NCBI GenBank assembly: GCA_965277435.1
Contig: OZ255821.1
Span: 1,784,930 to 1,848,929, forward strand
Direction: 5' to 3'
DNA from: Bryobacteraceae bacterium
GTDB lineage: Bacteria; Acidobacteriota; Terriglobia; Bryobacterales; Bryobacteraceae
DNA: 64,000 nt
Shown here: piece by piece, positions 45,234-54,928 of the stretch
How the letters are laid out: every line of letters begins with the position of its first letter
Numbering within the stretch: position 1 is the first letter of the stretch
The notes under the pieces: model-generated
Database searches by the model: none
The model's input: the letters and a program-made list of their open reading frames with translations, nothing else
What the model was told of the DNA's origin: nothing
Translations under genes and position numbers: made by a program

Positions 45234-46877
45234 ATGTCGAAATGGTGGCTCGCGTTGGCGTTGCTCGCTTTTACAGCGACAGCAGCGGAAACTTTTCAGC
45301 TTTCGGGCGAAAAGATGCGGAACGATGTGCGCTACCTCGCGAGCGATAAGCTGGAAGGCCGCGGCGTCGGAACCAACGGCGAAAAGCTGGCTACCGAGTA
45401 TTTAGCGGCGCAATTGAAAACAGCAGGCGCAAAACCTGCGGGCGACAACGGCAGTTATTTTCAACGTGTGCCGCTGGTGGGATCGACCACGCAGCCTTCC
45501 GCCACGTTGAAGGCTGTCAATGGTTCGAAAAACGTGTCGTTCAGCTTCGTGAAAGACTTTGTCGGAACCGCGCTGTCCCAGGTGACGGACAACGATTTCG
45601 ATGCGGAGGCCGTTTTCGTCGGACATGGCATCGCGGCGCCTGAATTTGGCTGGGACGATTATAAAGGGCAGGATTTACGCGGGAAAGTTCTGGTGTACTT
45701 CACCAATGAGCCTCCCTCAGACGACCCAAAATTTTTCGGCGGCCGCGCCCTCACGTACTATGGCCGGTGGATCTATAAGTTCGAAGAAGCCGCTCGCCGG
45801 GGCGCCGCGGCCGCGCTGATCATCCACACAACACCCACCGCCGGCTACGGTTGGGGCGTGGTGAGTGGTTCGTTCAGCCGGGAAATTCCCGAGTTGAAGC
45901 TGAATCCGGGACAGAACGGCCTGAAACTCGCCGCGTGGCTTTCGGAAGAAGCAGGCTCGCGGCTCGTCCAAGCCAGCGGCAAATCGCTCGACGAGCTATT
46001 GAATATGGCGAACGAAAAATCGTTCGAGCCTATGCCTCTCGGTGTACATGTGGTGGGCCACATACCAGTAAAGTTGCGCGAAATTGAAAGCAGGAACGTG
46101 GTCGGCCGCATCGATGGATCGAGTGCGACATTGAAATCACAAGCCGTGTTGTATACCGCGCATTGGGATCACCTCGGCATCAGCGTGCCCGTGAACGGCG
46201 ACAAAATTTATAACGGTGCGGTAGATAATGCGACGGGTTGCGCGGTGGTCTTGGATCTAGCGCGCGCCTGGGCGGCTTTGCCAAAGAAGCCGGAACGAAG
46301 CGCGCTGTTTCTGTTCGTCACGGCGGAAGAATCAGGTCTGCTGGGCTCCCAATATTACGGCGAACATCCCGAAATTCCGGCCGGCAAAACCGCCGTCGAC
46401 ATTAACTACGACGCACTCTATCCATTCGGCAAAACTCACGATGTCCTGGTCGGCGGCGCAGAGCGCATCTCGCTCTGGCCCTTGATCCAGCGCGATGCCA
46501 AGAATATGGACCTGCAGATTGCTTCGGATCCGACGCCCGAACAGGGCCACTATTACCGGTCGGACCATTTTTCGCTGGCGCGGGTGGGCATACCAGCCTT
46601 CAGTGTTTCGCAAGGTACGCGCTACCTCGGCAAACCGGCAGACTTCGGCACGGCGATTTTCGAAAAGTACAACGCCGAGCATTACCACCGTCCGTCAGAC
46701 GAATATCACGCCGATTGGAATTTCGATGGAATGGTCCAGATGGCAACACTTGGCATGAGAATAGGCATCGATACGGCCAATTTGCCGCAGTTGCCCACCT
46801 GGCACGCCGGAGATGAATTTTTAGCGGCGCGCGAGAAGAGCGAGAGACTAGCGGCGCGCGAGAAGAGCGAGAGATGA
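45234..46877 (+). CDS. M28 family aminopeptidase with a PA domain, secreted
   Basis: Signal peptide MSKWWLALALLAFTATAA. Motifs HWDHLG, GAVDNATGCAV, VTAEESGLLGS and SDHFSLARVGIPA. Confidence 0.85.
   Translation: MSKWWLALALLAFTATAAETFQLSGEKMRNDVRYLASDKLEGRGVGTNGEKLATEYLAAQLKTAGAKPAGDNGSYFQRVPLVGSTTQPSATLKAVNGSKNVSFSFVKDFVGTALSQVTDNDFDAEAVFVGHGIAAPEFGWDDYKGQDLRGKVLVYFTNEPPSDDPKFFGGRALTYYGRWIYKFEEAARRGAAAALIIHTTPTAGYGWGVVSGSFSREIPELKLNPGQNGLKLAAWLSEEAGSRLVQASGKSLDELLNMANEKSFEPMPLGVHVVGHIPVKLREIESRNVVGRIDGSSATLKSQAVLYTAHWDHLGISVPVNGDKIYNGAVDNATGCAVVLDLARAWAALPKKPERSALFLFVTAEESGLLGSQYYGEHPEIPAGKTAVDINYDALYPFGKTHDVLVGGAERISLWPLIQRDAKNMDLQIASDPTPEQGHYYRSDHFSLARVGIPAFSVSQGTRYLGKPADFGTAIFEKYNAEHYHRPSDEYHADWNFDGMVQMATLGMRIGIDTANLPQLPTWHAGDEFLAAREKSERLAAREKSER
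46822..46875 (+). repeat. 27-bp direct tandem duplication (2 copies, 26/27 identical) at the 3' end of the M28 peptidase gene
   Basis: TAGCGGCGCGCGAGAAGAGCGAGAGA occurs twice, head to tail. It encodes LAAREKSER twice immediately before the stop. Confidence 0.85.
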
Positions 46878-46924
46878 GATGCAATGCATTCTGCAGAATG
46901 GAACCGGATGGTAGAATTTGAGCG

Positions 46925-47146
46925 ATGGAAAATGCCACGATCAACATCCTCATCAGCACGTCTGGATCGGTTATTGTTGGCATTTTTGGCATGTTCTTTA
47001 CCGCCAATCAGCTAGGTAAGCGCATTGACGATCTGCGGACCGACTTTAAAGAACTCAGGACTGAATTCTACACGTTCAAAGATGTAGTGAACGGCAAGTT
47101 TGCCGCCCTCGATTTGGACATTTCCAAGCTGATGGATCGCAAGTAG
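46925..47146 (+). CDS. small hypothetical protein (one TM helix plus a charged helical tail)
   Basis: 73-aa ORF with IVGIFGMFFTANQL followed by KRIDDLRTDFKELRTEFYTFKD. No family recognised, and coding status is unproven. Confidence 0.35.
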   Translation: MENATINILISTSGSVIVGIFGMFFTANQLGKRIDDLRTDFKELRTEFYTFKDVVNGKFAALDLDISKLMDRK

Positions 47147-47198
47147 TAGGCCGCTCTATATCCGAGAGTTTCGGAGCGCCGGGCATGCGCGGTTCGTC

Positions 47199-48110
47199 TC
47201 AACCACCCGCGCGCCCAACTCTCGCCACAGCGCGCTCCGCATTAACAGCCGCACCAATTATGGCCACGTCCTCGCCGCCAGGCACCACTTCGAGAGAATA
47301 CCCTTGCAAAGGGCTGAGCTTCACCATTTCATGCAGGTATTCGTTGAACAGATTGATATTGAGGAAGCGAGCGTTGAAGCCAGTTAAGAAGAACTTGCCC
47401 GGACCATCCAGATGGATACTGGTGGCCGTGGCGGCCGCTAACGCCCGATGCCACAGCTTGGCGAAATCTACGCAGCGCGCTTCCCCGGCCTGGGCCTGAG
47501 CAAACACTTCATCCGGCTCCATATCCATAAATCGCAGGCGCATGGAACGGTGGCCGACAATGCCTTCGAGATGTCCGCGTCCGCCGCATCCGCAGAAATG
47601 TTCCTTCGGATCGAGCGTGACTACGGAGTGGCCGGCTTCCCAAACGCCGTCATTCGAGGGATAGCGGCCGTAACCCACGCCCGTGCCCAGCGTCCAGACG
47701 CGAATCAGTTTGTCGAGATGACCGCGCGTGGCCGCCATGCCGGCCGCCATTACGTCGGCGTCGTTGAAGATCGAGACGGGCACTTGACCGAAGAGCGGTT
47801 CGAGCGCTTCGGCCATGATGGTTTTTATGTGAATGCCCTTGAACTGAACTAGATTGGGAGAGTCCTCCACAATACCGTTGCGGATAATGCCTGGCATCCC
47901 AATGCCCACATGAGTAGGCGCGTCGGCGAGTTTAAGGTTTTCAAGCTCAGACACAATGCGCTGTACAATGCTGTCGGCTGGAACGCCTAATAGGGAGTCG
48001 GAGACCGACCGGTCGTCGGGAGTGATCCGTGGCTCGCCCACCAGTGCGTTGCCTGAGACTACACCGACCGTAACTCTTTCCGTGATAACGACACCTACGC
48101 TGTTCGCCAT
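47199..48110 (-). CDS. ROK family sugar kinase (glucokinase-like)
   Basis: ROK zinc motif CGCGGRGHLEGIVG and glycine-rich ATP-binding segments. Confidence 0.8.
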   Translation of the reverse strand: MANSVGVVITERVTVGVVSGNALVGEPRITPDDRSVSDSLLGVPADSIVQRIVSELENLKLADAPTHVGIGMPGIIRNGIVEDSPNLVQFKGIHIKTIMAEALEPLFGQVPVSIFNDADVMAAGMAATRGHLDKLIRVWTLGTGVGYGRYPSNDGVWEAGHSVVTLDPKEHFCGCGGRGHLEGIVGHRSMRLRFMDMEPDEVFAQAQAGEARCVDFAKLWHRALAAATATSIHLDGPGKFFLTGFNARFLNINLFNEYLHEMVKLSPLQGYSLEVVPGGEDVAIIGAAVNAERAVARVGRAGG

Positions 48111-48123
48111 ATAAGTTGTGCCG

Positions 48124-49521
48124 TCAGTTGCGAGACAATTTGTTTAGTCCATTGAACGCTGCTGCCTTGTAGCATTCCGCCAGCGTGGGATAGTTAAAGA
48201 CTGTGTCCACGAAGTAATCGACTTTACCTTTCAAGATCAGCACTGCCTGCCCGATGTGAAGCAGTTCCGACGCGCCCTCACCAATAATATGGACACCCAG
48301 CAGGTCCAGAGTGTCGCGATTAAAAATCAGCTTGAGGCGGCCGGTCGTGTCGCCGCGAATCTGACCGCGTGCGATCTCTCGATAATATGCTACGCCTACC
48401 TCGTACGGTACGTCTTCGTCGGTTAGCTGCTCTTCTGTTTTGCCGATAAACGAAATTTCGGGGATGGTGTAGATGCCGAAAGGGAAATAACTCGGGTTCG
48501 ACGAAAACGGTTTATCGTAAGCGTGCGCCACGGCAATGCGGCCTTGCTCCATGGAAACGGAAGCCAGGCTCGGGAAACCGATCACGTCGCCCACCGCGTA
48601 AATGTTGGGCTGGGTAGTCTGGTAATTTTCGTTTACGCTGATCCGGCCGCGGTTGTCGGCCGTAAGTCCAGCCGCCGCGAGGTTGAGTTCATCTACGTTG
48701 CCCTGGCGGCCGACCGCATACAGCAGCGCATCGCCCGGCACTTTCTTGTTGCTTTCGAGATACGCCACCACGCCCCCGACGCCGTTGGGATTCGTCTCTT
48801 CCACACTCTGCACTTCCTCGTTGAGGCGCATCGTCACGCGATGATCGCGGAGGTGGTAAGAAAGGGCTTCCACGATTTCGGCATCGGCAAATTCGAGTAG
48901 CCGTGGCCGTTTTTCGATCAGCGTCACGCGCACGCCCAGCGTCGCAAACATGCACGTGTATTCCACGCCGATCACACCGCCGCCCACCACCAGCAGAGTG
49001 CGCGGAATACTGGGCATGTCGAGAATCTGATCGCTATTGATGATCGTTCGCGCGTTGATAGGAACCTTGGCGGATGAGGCCGGCTTGGTGCCGGTAGCGA
49101 TAACGATCTTTTCGGCGTTAATCTCCGACGCCCCGCGCACTCCACTTACCAGTACCGACGTCGGACTCTTGAAACTAGCGACCCCGGTAAGCACTTCAAT
49201 GCCATTGCGCGCGAGTTGCGCCTGCGTGACATCGATTTCCGTTTTGATCACATGCTGGACGCGAAAGGCGAGATCAGCCATGGTGATCTTCTCCTTCACG
49301 CGATAGCTCACGCCGTAAATATTCTGGTAGTTATAGCCGGACAAGTGCAGTACGGCTTCCCGCATCGTCTTGCTTGGGATGGTGCCGGTGTTGATGCAGA
49401 CCCCGCCAATCACTTCCCGCTGTTCGACGAGTGCTACTTTTTTACCTGTCTTGGCGCCCTGTATCGCGGCGCGCTGCCCGGCAGGTCCGGAGCCGATTAC
49501 GACTAGATCATATTGGGACAT
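48124..49521 (-). CDS. sthA: soluble pyridine nucleotide transhydrogenase (Si-specific NAD(P)+ transhydrogenase)
   Basis: 465 aa. It has YDLVVIGSGPAGQRAA and GGVCINTGTIPSK with a single Cys, where lipoamide dehydrogenases have CxxxxC. This pattern and the length are typical of SthA/UdhA. Confidence 0.75.
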   Translation of the reverse strand: MSQYDLVVIGSGPAGQRAAIQGAKTGKKVALVEQREVIGGVCINTGTIPSKTMREAVLHLSGYNYQNIYGVSYRVKEKITMADLAFRVQHVIKTEIDVTQAQLARNGIEVLTGVASFKSPTSVLVSGVRGASEINAEKIVIATGTKPASSAKVPINARTIINSDQILDMPSIPRTLLVVGGGVIGVEYTCMFATLGVRVTLIEKRPRLLEFADAEIVEALSYHLRDHRVTMRLNEEVQSVEETNPNGVGGVVAYLESNKKVPGDALLYAVGRQGNVDELNLAAAGLTADNRGRISVNENYQTTQPNIYAVGDVIGFPSLASVSMEQGRIAVAHAYDKPFSSNPSYFPFGIYTIPEISFIGKTEEQLTDEDVPYEVGVAYYREIARGQIRGDTTGRLKLIFNRDTLDLLGVHIIGEGASELLHIGQAVLILKGKVDYFVDTVFNYPTLAECYKAAAFNGLNKLSRN

Positions 49522-49667
49522 GGAAGCTAATGTTCCAATTTCATGAAGGCGCTTATTCTCATACTCAGACTTTTACCCGCAACATTTCCGAGTATAGCTT
49601 TGGAAAAAGAGCCAAAAGCCGGAACAACGAAAATTGATCCACCGATGGCTCGAACCGGGACGGTTTT

Positions 49668-50582
49668 CTAAGCGAGCGCTTTTAGGCATTTTGCAATCAA
49701 CTCTTTGGTGCCTGGATACGGATCGCCTTCGCTATCCCATTCCATCGAAAAATAGCCTTTGTAGCCGGCTTCTTTCGCTATGCCCAGAATGTGTTCCACG
49801 TTCACCCGATACACGTTCTGTTTGTCCTGCTCGAAATCCTTCACGTGGCTGATGTTGTATGCCAGCGGGAATAACGTGCTGAGCGCCTGATTGTTATAGT
49901 TCTCGTCGTTGTGGACCAGCATGGAATTACAGAAGTCGGGCAGCGAGCGCAGGTATGGGCTGTCGACGGCTTTGAGAACTCTTACTATGCGCTCGGGCAA
50001 TTCAATTTCCGGCTCATCGTTTTCGACATTAATCACGATGCCCTTCGACTCGCCATACGCAGCGAGCGCTTTGAGCCCGCTGACCGAGCAGCTGATCTCG
50101 CTGCCGGATTCACCGCGCGGCAGGTGGACGCGAATGCCGGGCGAATGCAACAGTACGGCCGCATCCACCCATTTGCGATACGCCGCGAGACCGGCCTCGC
50201 GCTGTTCCGGAGTGCCGCAAAGACGCGCATCGATATCAACCGGTATGTTGACGACATGAACACGGGCGGCGGCGAACTGTTTCTTTAGCCTGCCAATGTA
50301 AGAGGGCTCGGTTGACTTGAAGTGATGGCTCCACGGCTCTATTCCGGGCACGCCAAAGTCAGGAACAATGGTGTGCGCAAACTGCTCGAGCGGCATGCCG
50401 GAGCTGGCAGTTTCTTCCCCATTGGTATGAGGCGTTGCAATCAGGCGCCGAAACGGATAGGTCGAGACAGACAAGCGATCGCGCGCTGCTGTAGGAAAGT
50501 TCCAGTGCGGATCAGCGGCTTCGAGGGAAGCCGCCAGGGCCAGCGACAGGCCTAAGAATTCGCGGCGTTTCAGTGATTCCAT
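49668..50582 (-). CDS. xylose-isomerase-like TIM-barrel sugar (phosphate) isomerase/epimerase with a Tat signal
   Basis: The start at ATG 50582 gives MESLKRREFLGLSLALAASLEA (twin-arginine motif). The remainder resembles AP-endonuclease-2/TIM-barrel family proteins. Confidence 0.75.
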   Translation of the reverse strand: MESLKRREFLGLSLALAASLEAADPHWNFPTAARDRLSVSTYPFRRLIATPHTNGEETASSGMPLEQFAHTIVPDFGVPGIEPWSHHFKSTEPSYIGRLKKQFAAARVHVVNIPVDIDARLCGTPEQREAGLAAYRKWVDAAVLLHSPGIRVHLPRGESGSEISCSVSGLKALAAYGESKGIVINVENDEPEIELPERIVRVLKAVDSPYLRSLPDFCNSMLVHNDENYNNQALSTLFPLAYNISHVKDFEQDKQNVYRVNVEHILGIAKEAGYKGYFSMEWDSEGDPYPGTKELIAKCLKALA

Positions 50583-50586
50583 AAAG

Positions 50587-51507
50587 TCAGAGTTGCTTGT
50601 GCCAAAATGGCCAGGCTGCGCCGATAATCGTGGCGTTCGAACCGAGCGTGGCGGCCGCGAAGGTAACGCTCGATCGGGCAAAGAGAGAAGCGTTTTCGCG
50701 AAAGACGCGCTCTGCCGGTTCGAGGACGAATGCTCCACCGGCGGACAAACCTCCGGCGACGGCGATGTGGTCAGGGAAGAATATGTTCGCCATGGAAGCC
50801 ACCGCCACTCCCAGCCACTCGCCCGCTGATCGCAACACTTCTATGGCGGCTTCATCACCCGTTTTCGAGGCGTCGATCACATCGCGCAAAGTGAGCTGTC
50901 CTTCTCGACCAGACGCGCCCTTGTATCGTTCCGCCAGGACAGGCGCCGAGATCATGATTTCCGCGCAGCCTTTGCCGCCGCAAGTGCACAGGGGCCCATC
51001 GCGCAAAACGACTACATGCCCGATATCTCCCAGGCAGCCATACGCAAAACGAACAGGCACGCCCTCAATCGTCATGCCCACGCCCAAGCCGGTGCCCGCG
51101 GTCACGCACAAGAAGCGGCGGCTACCTTGCCCCGAGCCCATTTGATATTCGGCCATGGTGGAGGCATTCGAATCTACCTCAAGCTCGATCGCCAGATCAG
51201 GAAACACTTCGACCAGACACTCACGCAGCGGAAATCCCTCCAGCCACGCGAGGTTTGAGTTGTAGACGAGATGTTCCCGATGTGCATCCAGAAACCCCGC
51301 CACCGCGACGCCTAGCTGTCTAGGGTCGTCTTGCAACGTAGCGCGAGCGGCGGCTCGGGTTTGCGAAATTAGCTCACTCAGATTTGAGAAGAAGGCCTCT
51401 TTGCTGGGGCGAGTCGGAATGGAGTTGACCAGCGACAAGTCGCCGCCGGGGCTCAAGACTCCAGCCTTCGTGCTCGTGCCGCCGATGTCAACACACAGAA
51501 CGCTCAA
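50587..51507 (-). CDS. ROK family kinase (N-acetylglucosamine/glucose kinase-like)
   Basis: Motifs VLCVDIGGTSTKAG and CTCGGKGCAE. Confidence 0.8.
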   Translation of the reverse strand: MSVLCVDIGGTSTKAGVLSPGGDLSLVNSIPTRPSKEAFFSNLSELISQTRAAARATLQDDPRQLGVAVAGFLDAHREHLVYNSNLAWLEGFPLRECLVEVFPDLAIELEVDSNASTMAEYQMGSGQGSRRFLCVTAGTGLGVGMTIEGVPVRFAYGCLGDIGHVVVLRDGPLCTCGGKGCAEIMISAPVLAERYKGASGREGQLTLRDVIDASKTGDEAAIEVLRSAGEWLGVAVASMANIFFPDHIAVAGGLSAGGAFVLEPAERVFRENASLFARSSVTFAAATLGSNATIIGAAWPFWHKQL

Positions 51508-52571
51508 CGCGGCACCGGGACGGAAAAGCCCGCCTCCGTTTTAGTGACTAACGGCGCCCAGCGAAACTCGCCTGGACGTATTCCGCGTAATTCAGCATTG
51601 CGATAAGCCGCGAGCTGCAGCGGGATGATCTCAGCAATCGAAGTGAAGCGCGAAGGCATCGCTGAAGGCCACGAACAGAGCGGCTCCAGATCATGCTGCT
51701 CCGCATCCGGGCCCAGCCAGCGTGCCTGCCCGCCCATGCGTCCCAGATCTTTGGCCAGATCGATATCGAATTCGCGCGTTGCGGCCGCTGTGCCAATCAC
51801 GATCGCGCGAAAACTGCTATCGACCACTTCCACCGGACCATGCCGGAACTGCGCGACCGATAGTCCGATAGCCGGAGCTTTGGCGGTCTCGTGCATCAGC
51901 AGAACACCTTCCTGCACAGCTCCCAGAGCAGACCCGCGCGCGAGCAAATATAAAGGCGTCGCCCGCGACAGAAATTCACTCCAGCCCTCGCTCGCCGCTG
52001 CCCAGGAAGGCACAAAATGAGCCAGCAGATCGATGGCATGCGCCAGTTCTGTCTTGGCCTCATCCGCCTCACCGCTTACGACTGCAGAGAGCAGGGCGAA
52101 GGCCAGCAGTGTCGCGGTATACGACTGAATCGCCACCATCTGATCCGAAGGAGATTGGAGCACGATCGCCTGATCGGCTTGCCGCGCGAGTTTGCTATCG
52201 GGAACGTTGATAACTCCGATCACAGTCGCGCCGCGTTCACGCAAAAGCGGTAACGCTTTCGTGACCTCAACGCTTTCACCCGATCGGGACACCAGGATCA
52301 CGGCGGTATCGTGATCGATCGCCGCCGGAAGAAAGTAAAGCAGTTCGGCGCTCTCAATGGCCGACGCATGAATCCCCAGTGCCGACAACGTATATTGCAG
52401 TGGCACGCACGCATGAAAAGAAGCGCCCATCCCGCTGAGAACGACCCGCTTTTTCGATTGCAACAGGGCGGCCGCCCGTACCAGCGCATGCCAGCCGTCT
52501 CTGAACTGATACGCGGCCACCGCACGCAGAGACTCTGGCTGATTGAGAATGTTGGAGAGCAGCGGCGTCAT
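51504..52571 (-). CDS. double-SIS-domain sugar-phosphate isomerase/deaminase (GlmS C-terminal/AgaS/FrlB-like)
   Basis: The start at ATG 52571 gives MTPLLSNILNQPESL. SIS motifs VVLSGMGASFHA and VILVSRSGES. The longer ORF-track N-terminus is rejected. Confidence 0.8.
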   Translation of the reverse strand: MTPLLSNILNQPESLRAVAAYQFRDGWHALVRAAALLQSKKRVVLSGMGASFHACVPLQYTLSALGIHASAIESAELLYFLPAAIDHDTAVILVSRSGESVEVTKALPLLRERGATVIGVINVPDSKLARQADQAIVLQSPSDQMVAIQSYTATLLAFALLSAVVSGEADEAKTELAHAIDLLAHFVPSWAAASEGWSEFLSRATPLYLLARGSALGAVQEGVLLMHETAKAPAIGLSVAQFRHGPVEVVDSSFRAIVIGTAAATREFDIDLAKDLGRMGGQARWLGPDAEQHDLEPLCSWPSAMPSRFTSIAEIIPLQLAAYRNAELRGIRPGEFRWAPLVTKTEAGFSVPVPR

Positions 52572-53686
52572 TACTTGCTTGGCTTTTCGACCTGCAAAGG
52601 CCCAAGCCACTCCTCGATCGGTTTGCTCATTCTGGGCGTGTACGGCATTTGTATCTTTCGTCCTGCACCGGCCGATGCGTAAGCCGCATAGAGCGCCTGC
52701 ATCACAACTCGCCCATCTTCGCCCGAAGCCTGCAGCTTTTCTTTCCCTCGCACCACGCGCGCAAAGTGCCGCATCTCCTGCGGAATGCCGTAATTCCAAT
52801 GCTCTTCAAACACCGGCCAGCTCCAGCCATTGGTGGTGGGCGCCTTCTCCACCGCATACCCAAAACCATACTCGCTATAGGTCGGCAGCGCGTTGCCCAT
52901 ATGCAGATCCGCGTACGTAACGCCGCCTTCGCCATAGATCTCGGTACGGTCCGTCATGCCGCCGCGCTTGGCCCAGCTGCATTCGATCACGCCATTCGCG
53001 CCATTTTCGAATTCAACGATACAAACCGCGTCATCCTCTCCGCGCGTCTTATCTTTGTGAACGTAAGTGCCTAGCTGTGCGTAAACACTCTTGATTGCCG
53101 GCCGCCCCAGAAACCAATAACAGAAAGCAATCCCGTGACAGCCTAGGTCCATCATGGCGCCCCCGCCCGACTGCGCCATATCCCAGAACCAGGGGCTGTG
53201 CGGACCAAAATGTTTCTCACTCTGCTTCACCAGATAGACTTTGCCGAACCCGCCCTGGTCCGCCATTTCCTTCGCCTTGACATACTTTGGCGTAAAGAAA
53301 AGCTCTTCCGCGTAACCGAGCATCACGCCCTTTCGCCGGCACGTGTCAATCATCTCGTCGGCTTCCGCCAGCGTCATGCATAGCGGTTTTTCGCAGACCA
53401 CGTGTTTGCCGGCATTCGCGATGTCGATCGTCATCTGCGCATGCAGCCGGTTGGGCGCCGTGATAGTCACCATTTCTATATCCGGCTCTTTGAGCATCTC
53501 GCGGTAATCCAGGAAAGCGCGCGGAATGCCGTATTTCTTAGCCAGCTTCTCGGCATTGCCCGGCGTAGGAGACGCCACCGCGAGCACCTCGGCCTCCTCC
53601 GGCATCAACTGAAATGAAGCTGCGTGAATGTCAGCCTCGAATTGAGATCCGATGATCCCGACCTTTACTTTCTCCTGATTCGCCAT
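52571..53686 (-). CDS. Gfo/Idh/MocA family NAD(P)-dependent oxidoreductase
   Basis: N-terminal Rossmann motif KVGIIGSQFEADIHA and the EKPL motif (VVCEKPLCMT). Confidence 0.85.
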   Translation of the reverse strand: MANQEKVKVGIIGSQFEADIHAASFQLMPEEAEVLAVASPTPGNAEKLAKKYGIPRAFLDYREMLKEPDIEMVTITAPNRLHAQMTIDIANAGKHVVCEKPLCMTLAEADEMIDTCRRKGVMLGYAEELFFTPKYVKAKEMADQGGFGKVYLVKQSEKHFGPHSPWFWDMAQSGGGAMMDLGCHGIAFCYWFLGRPAIKSVYAQLGTYVHKDKTRGEDDAVCIVEFENGANGVIECSWAKRGGMTDRTEIYGEGGVTYADLHMGNALPTYSEYGFGYAVEKAPTTNGWSWPVFEEHWNYGIPQEMRHFARVVRGKEKLQASGEDGRVVMQALYAAYASAGAGRKIQMPYTPRMSKPIEEWLGPLQVEKPSK

Positions 53687-53707
53687 CCGCCCTCGTTCAC
53701 CATGTCT

Positions 53708-54712
53708 TCACTGATTCGCCGACGGCCCGGTCGACCGTCTGACGATCAACTCCGTCTCAAGAATATGTTGCCCGCCAAGCCGCCGTTTCGAGCGCAACAT
53801 TCCGGTAAGAACTTCAAACGCCCTCTGACCGAGCCTGTCGCGCGGAATGCGTACCGTAGTAAGGGGGGGATGGCAATAGCGCGACATCCAGACGTCGTCC
53901 GCTCCGATAATGGACACATCCGCCGGCACGCGTAAGCCGAGGTCTTCAGCCGCTCCAATCGCTCCAATCGCCATGCGGTCGTTCGCACAGAAAATGGCCG
54001 TCGGCCGGTCGGAGACAGACAGGAGCGTTTGTGCCGCCCAAGCCCCGCTTTCTGGCCGGTGATCCCCTTCCAGCACGGCGAAGGGTTTCAAGCGCATCTT
54101 GCGTAAAGCCTTCTCAATGGCTACCCGGTATTCCACCGCCGACACCTGCACCTGCGGACCTGCCGCGATTGCAATCCGCCTGTGCCCGAGTTCCACCAGA
54201 TGCCGGGCTGCGTCAAGCACGCCTTTCCAGTAATCGATCGCGATGTTGCTCCGGTTTCTCCGCGCTGCAACCGACCCCAGCAGCACTACCGGCACATTCT
54301 TCGCGGTCAACTGCGAAGCCAGCGCCTCGCCGAACTGAGACGTCATCACCGCCACGCCCTGGACCCGGTTCTCGAGCATCCGCCGCAGTGCATTCTCGGC
54401 CTGCACCGGGTCATAATTCGTGGCGCAGAGCAGAACCTGGAGTCCCCGGGCAGCGCACGCTTGTTCGAAGCTCTTAATCAGTTCGGGGAAGAAGGGGTTT
54501 TCGATGTCGGAAATGATGAGACCGAAAAGGTCGCTCTGCCCGCGCACCAGCAGGCGTGCCGACGAATTCTTGTAATAGCTGAGATGGTCGATGACGCGGA
54601 GCACTCGAGTCCGCGTCGTCTCGGCGACTGGCCGGGTTTTGTTAATCACGTGCGAGACGGTGGTGATCGATACGCCTGCTTTTCTGGCCACGTCGCGCAT
54701 CAACACCGGCAT
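53708..54712 (-). CDS. LacI family transcriptional regulator
   Basis: N-terminal HTH MRDVARKAGVSITTVSHVINK plus a periplasmic-binding-fold sugar-sensing domain. Confidence 0.9.
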   Translation of the reverse strand: MPVLMRDVARKAGVSITTVSHVINKTRPVAETTRTRVLRVIDHLSYYKNSSARLLVRGQSDLFGLIISDIENPFFPELIKSFEQACAARGLQVLLCATNYDPVQAENALRRMLENRVQGVAVMTSQFGEALASQLTAKNVPVVLLGSVAARRNRSNIAIDYWKGVLDAARHLVELGHRRIAIAAGPQVQVSAVEYRVAIEKALRKMRLKPFAVLEGDHRPESGAWAAQTLLSVSDRPTAIFCANDRMAIGAIGAAEDLGLRVPADVSIIGADDVWMSRYCHPPLTTVRIPRDRLGQRAFEVLTGMLRSKRRLGGQHILETELIVRRSTGPSANQ

Positions 54713-54762
54713 CTTGCTTAGTCTATTCGATCCCCCTCAGATCATGCCAGATCTAAGCGCAA

Positions 54763-54780
54763 CCCGCAAACGTTTGCGGG
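54763..54780. promoter_or_regulatory. LacI/PurR-type operator: perfect 18-bp palindrome CCCGCAAACGTTTGCGGG
   Basis: The core GCAAACGTTTGC with a central CG is the classic LacI-family operator architecture. It sits in the divergent region between the LacI gene and the TonB-dependent receptor gene. Confidence 0.7.
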
Positions 54781-54928
54781 TATCGACGACTTGGCAAAGC
54801 TTTTGCTTGACAGGCGTCGCCCGGTCTCTTATAGTGCTAAACACATAGCAACCCTTTGGCGAACTCGCGGTGCCGAGACGCTCAAGACTGTTTATTCAAA
54901 ACGCTTCGCGCTTTCAGGAAGAGGTTTC

